From the NCBI GenBank assembly GCA_009695045.1, contig SIBS01000002.1, positions 26,774 to 90,773 on the forward strand: a stretch of DNA of 64,000 bases, written 5' to 3'. Position 1 is the first letter of the stretch; each line of letters opens with the position of its first letter. The notes below the pieces were generated by a model. That model saw only the letters and a list, made by a program, of their open reading frames with translations. It was not told where the DNA came from and ran no database searches. The position numbers were made by a program, and so were the translations under genes. Of this stretch, positions 63,560 through 64,000 are shown piece by piece. The DNA comes from Candidatus Levyibacteriota bacterium. Its GTDB lineage: Bacteria > Patescibacteriota > Microgenomatia > Levybacterales > UBA12049.

Positions 63560-64000
63560 TTATTTATTTTTTATCCATTTAATAAAATTATCATAATTTA
63601 ATGTGTTTAGAATATCTTTACTTTCTGCCCATCCTCTTCTAGCAACTGAGACTCCATATCTCATCTGATTCATTTGTGATACATCATGACTATCTGTGTT
63701 TATTATCATTTTAACGCCATGCGATATTGCCTCTTTTATAATTATATCAGGTAAGTCAAGTCTTTTTATTGATCCGTTTATTTCAAGAGCTTTATTATTA
63801 TCTTTAGAAAATAAAAAAAGTTTTTCAAAATTTACATCATATCCATTTCTTTCATTAAGTAATCTTCCTGTTGGGTGAGAAAATATTTTTGCTTTTGGGT
63901 GAGAAAAACCATTTAATATTCTTTTTGTCATTATATCTTTTTGCATGCCAAAGGAGCTATGTATTGATATAAGGACTGCATCAACTAATTCTAAACTTTT
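63560..64000 (-). CDS. C-terminal PHP domain, probably of DNA polymerase X; truncated by window edge
   Basis: Frame open to 64000; SIHSSF, SHPTGRL, LEING...RLDL, NTDSH, ARRGW. Confidence 0.85.
   Translation of the reverse strand, partial: KSLELVDAVLISIHSSFGMQKDIMTKRILNGFSHPKAKIFSHPTGRLLNERNGYDVNFEKLFLFSKDNNKALEINGSIKRLDLPDIIIKEAISHGVKMIINTDSHDVSQMNQMRYGVSVARRGWAESKDILNTLNYDNFIKWIKNK

Overview
AT-rich (roughly 25-30% GC by eye), gene-dense bacterial chromosome segment in the standard genetic code. Gene content and protein style suggest a Patescibacteria/CPR genome, probably Microgenomates (inference, no search run). 1-19 kb is an expanded cell-wall/division cluster: murE-murC-murB-murA, split glmU, a HAD protein, glmS, an alpha/beta hydrolase, membrane-anchored MurF, a DegT-family aminotransferase, a FemABX-family transferase, then mraY-ftsW-murG-ftsQ-like-ftsA-ftsZ. 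19-26.7 kb is an accessory wall-remodelling region (VanW, L,D-transpeptidase, acyltransferase-3, deacetylase) flanked by two pseudogenes. Next come ileS-rodA, rplU-rpmA-parB, lepB, and an ~11 kb surface-glycan island bracketed by convergent tRNA-Val(CAC) and tRNA-Thr(CGT). The minus-strand arm carries pyrE/pyrF/pyrD-like genes, a full F1Fo ATP synthase operon, dnaE, gatCAB, gatD/murT, htpX/lemA and a partial PHP/PolX gene. No CRISPR array, integrase or transposase was seen. The best candidates for undescribed biology are the HAD / hydrolase / membrane-MurF / DegT / FemABX module embedded in the mur operon and a recurring near-leaderless promoter architecture.
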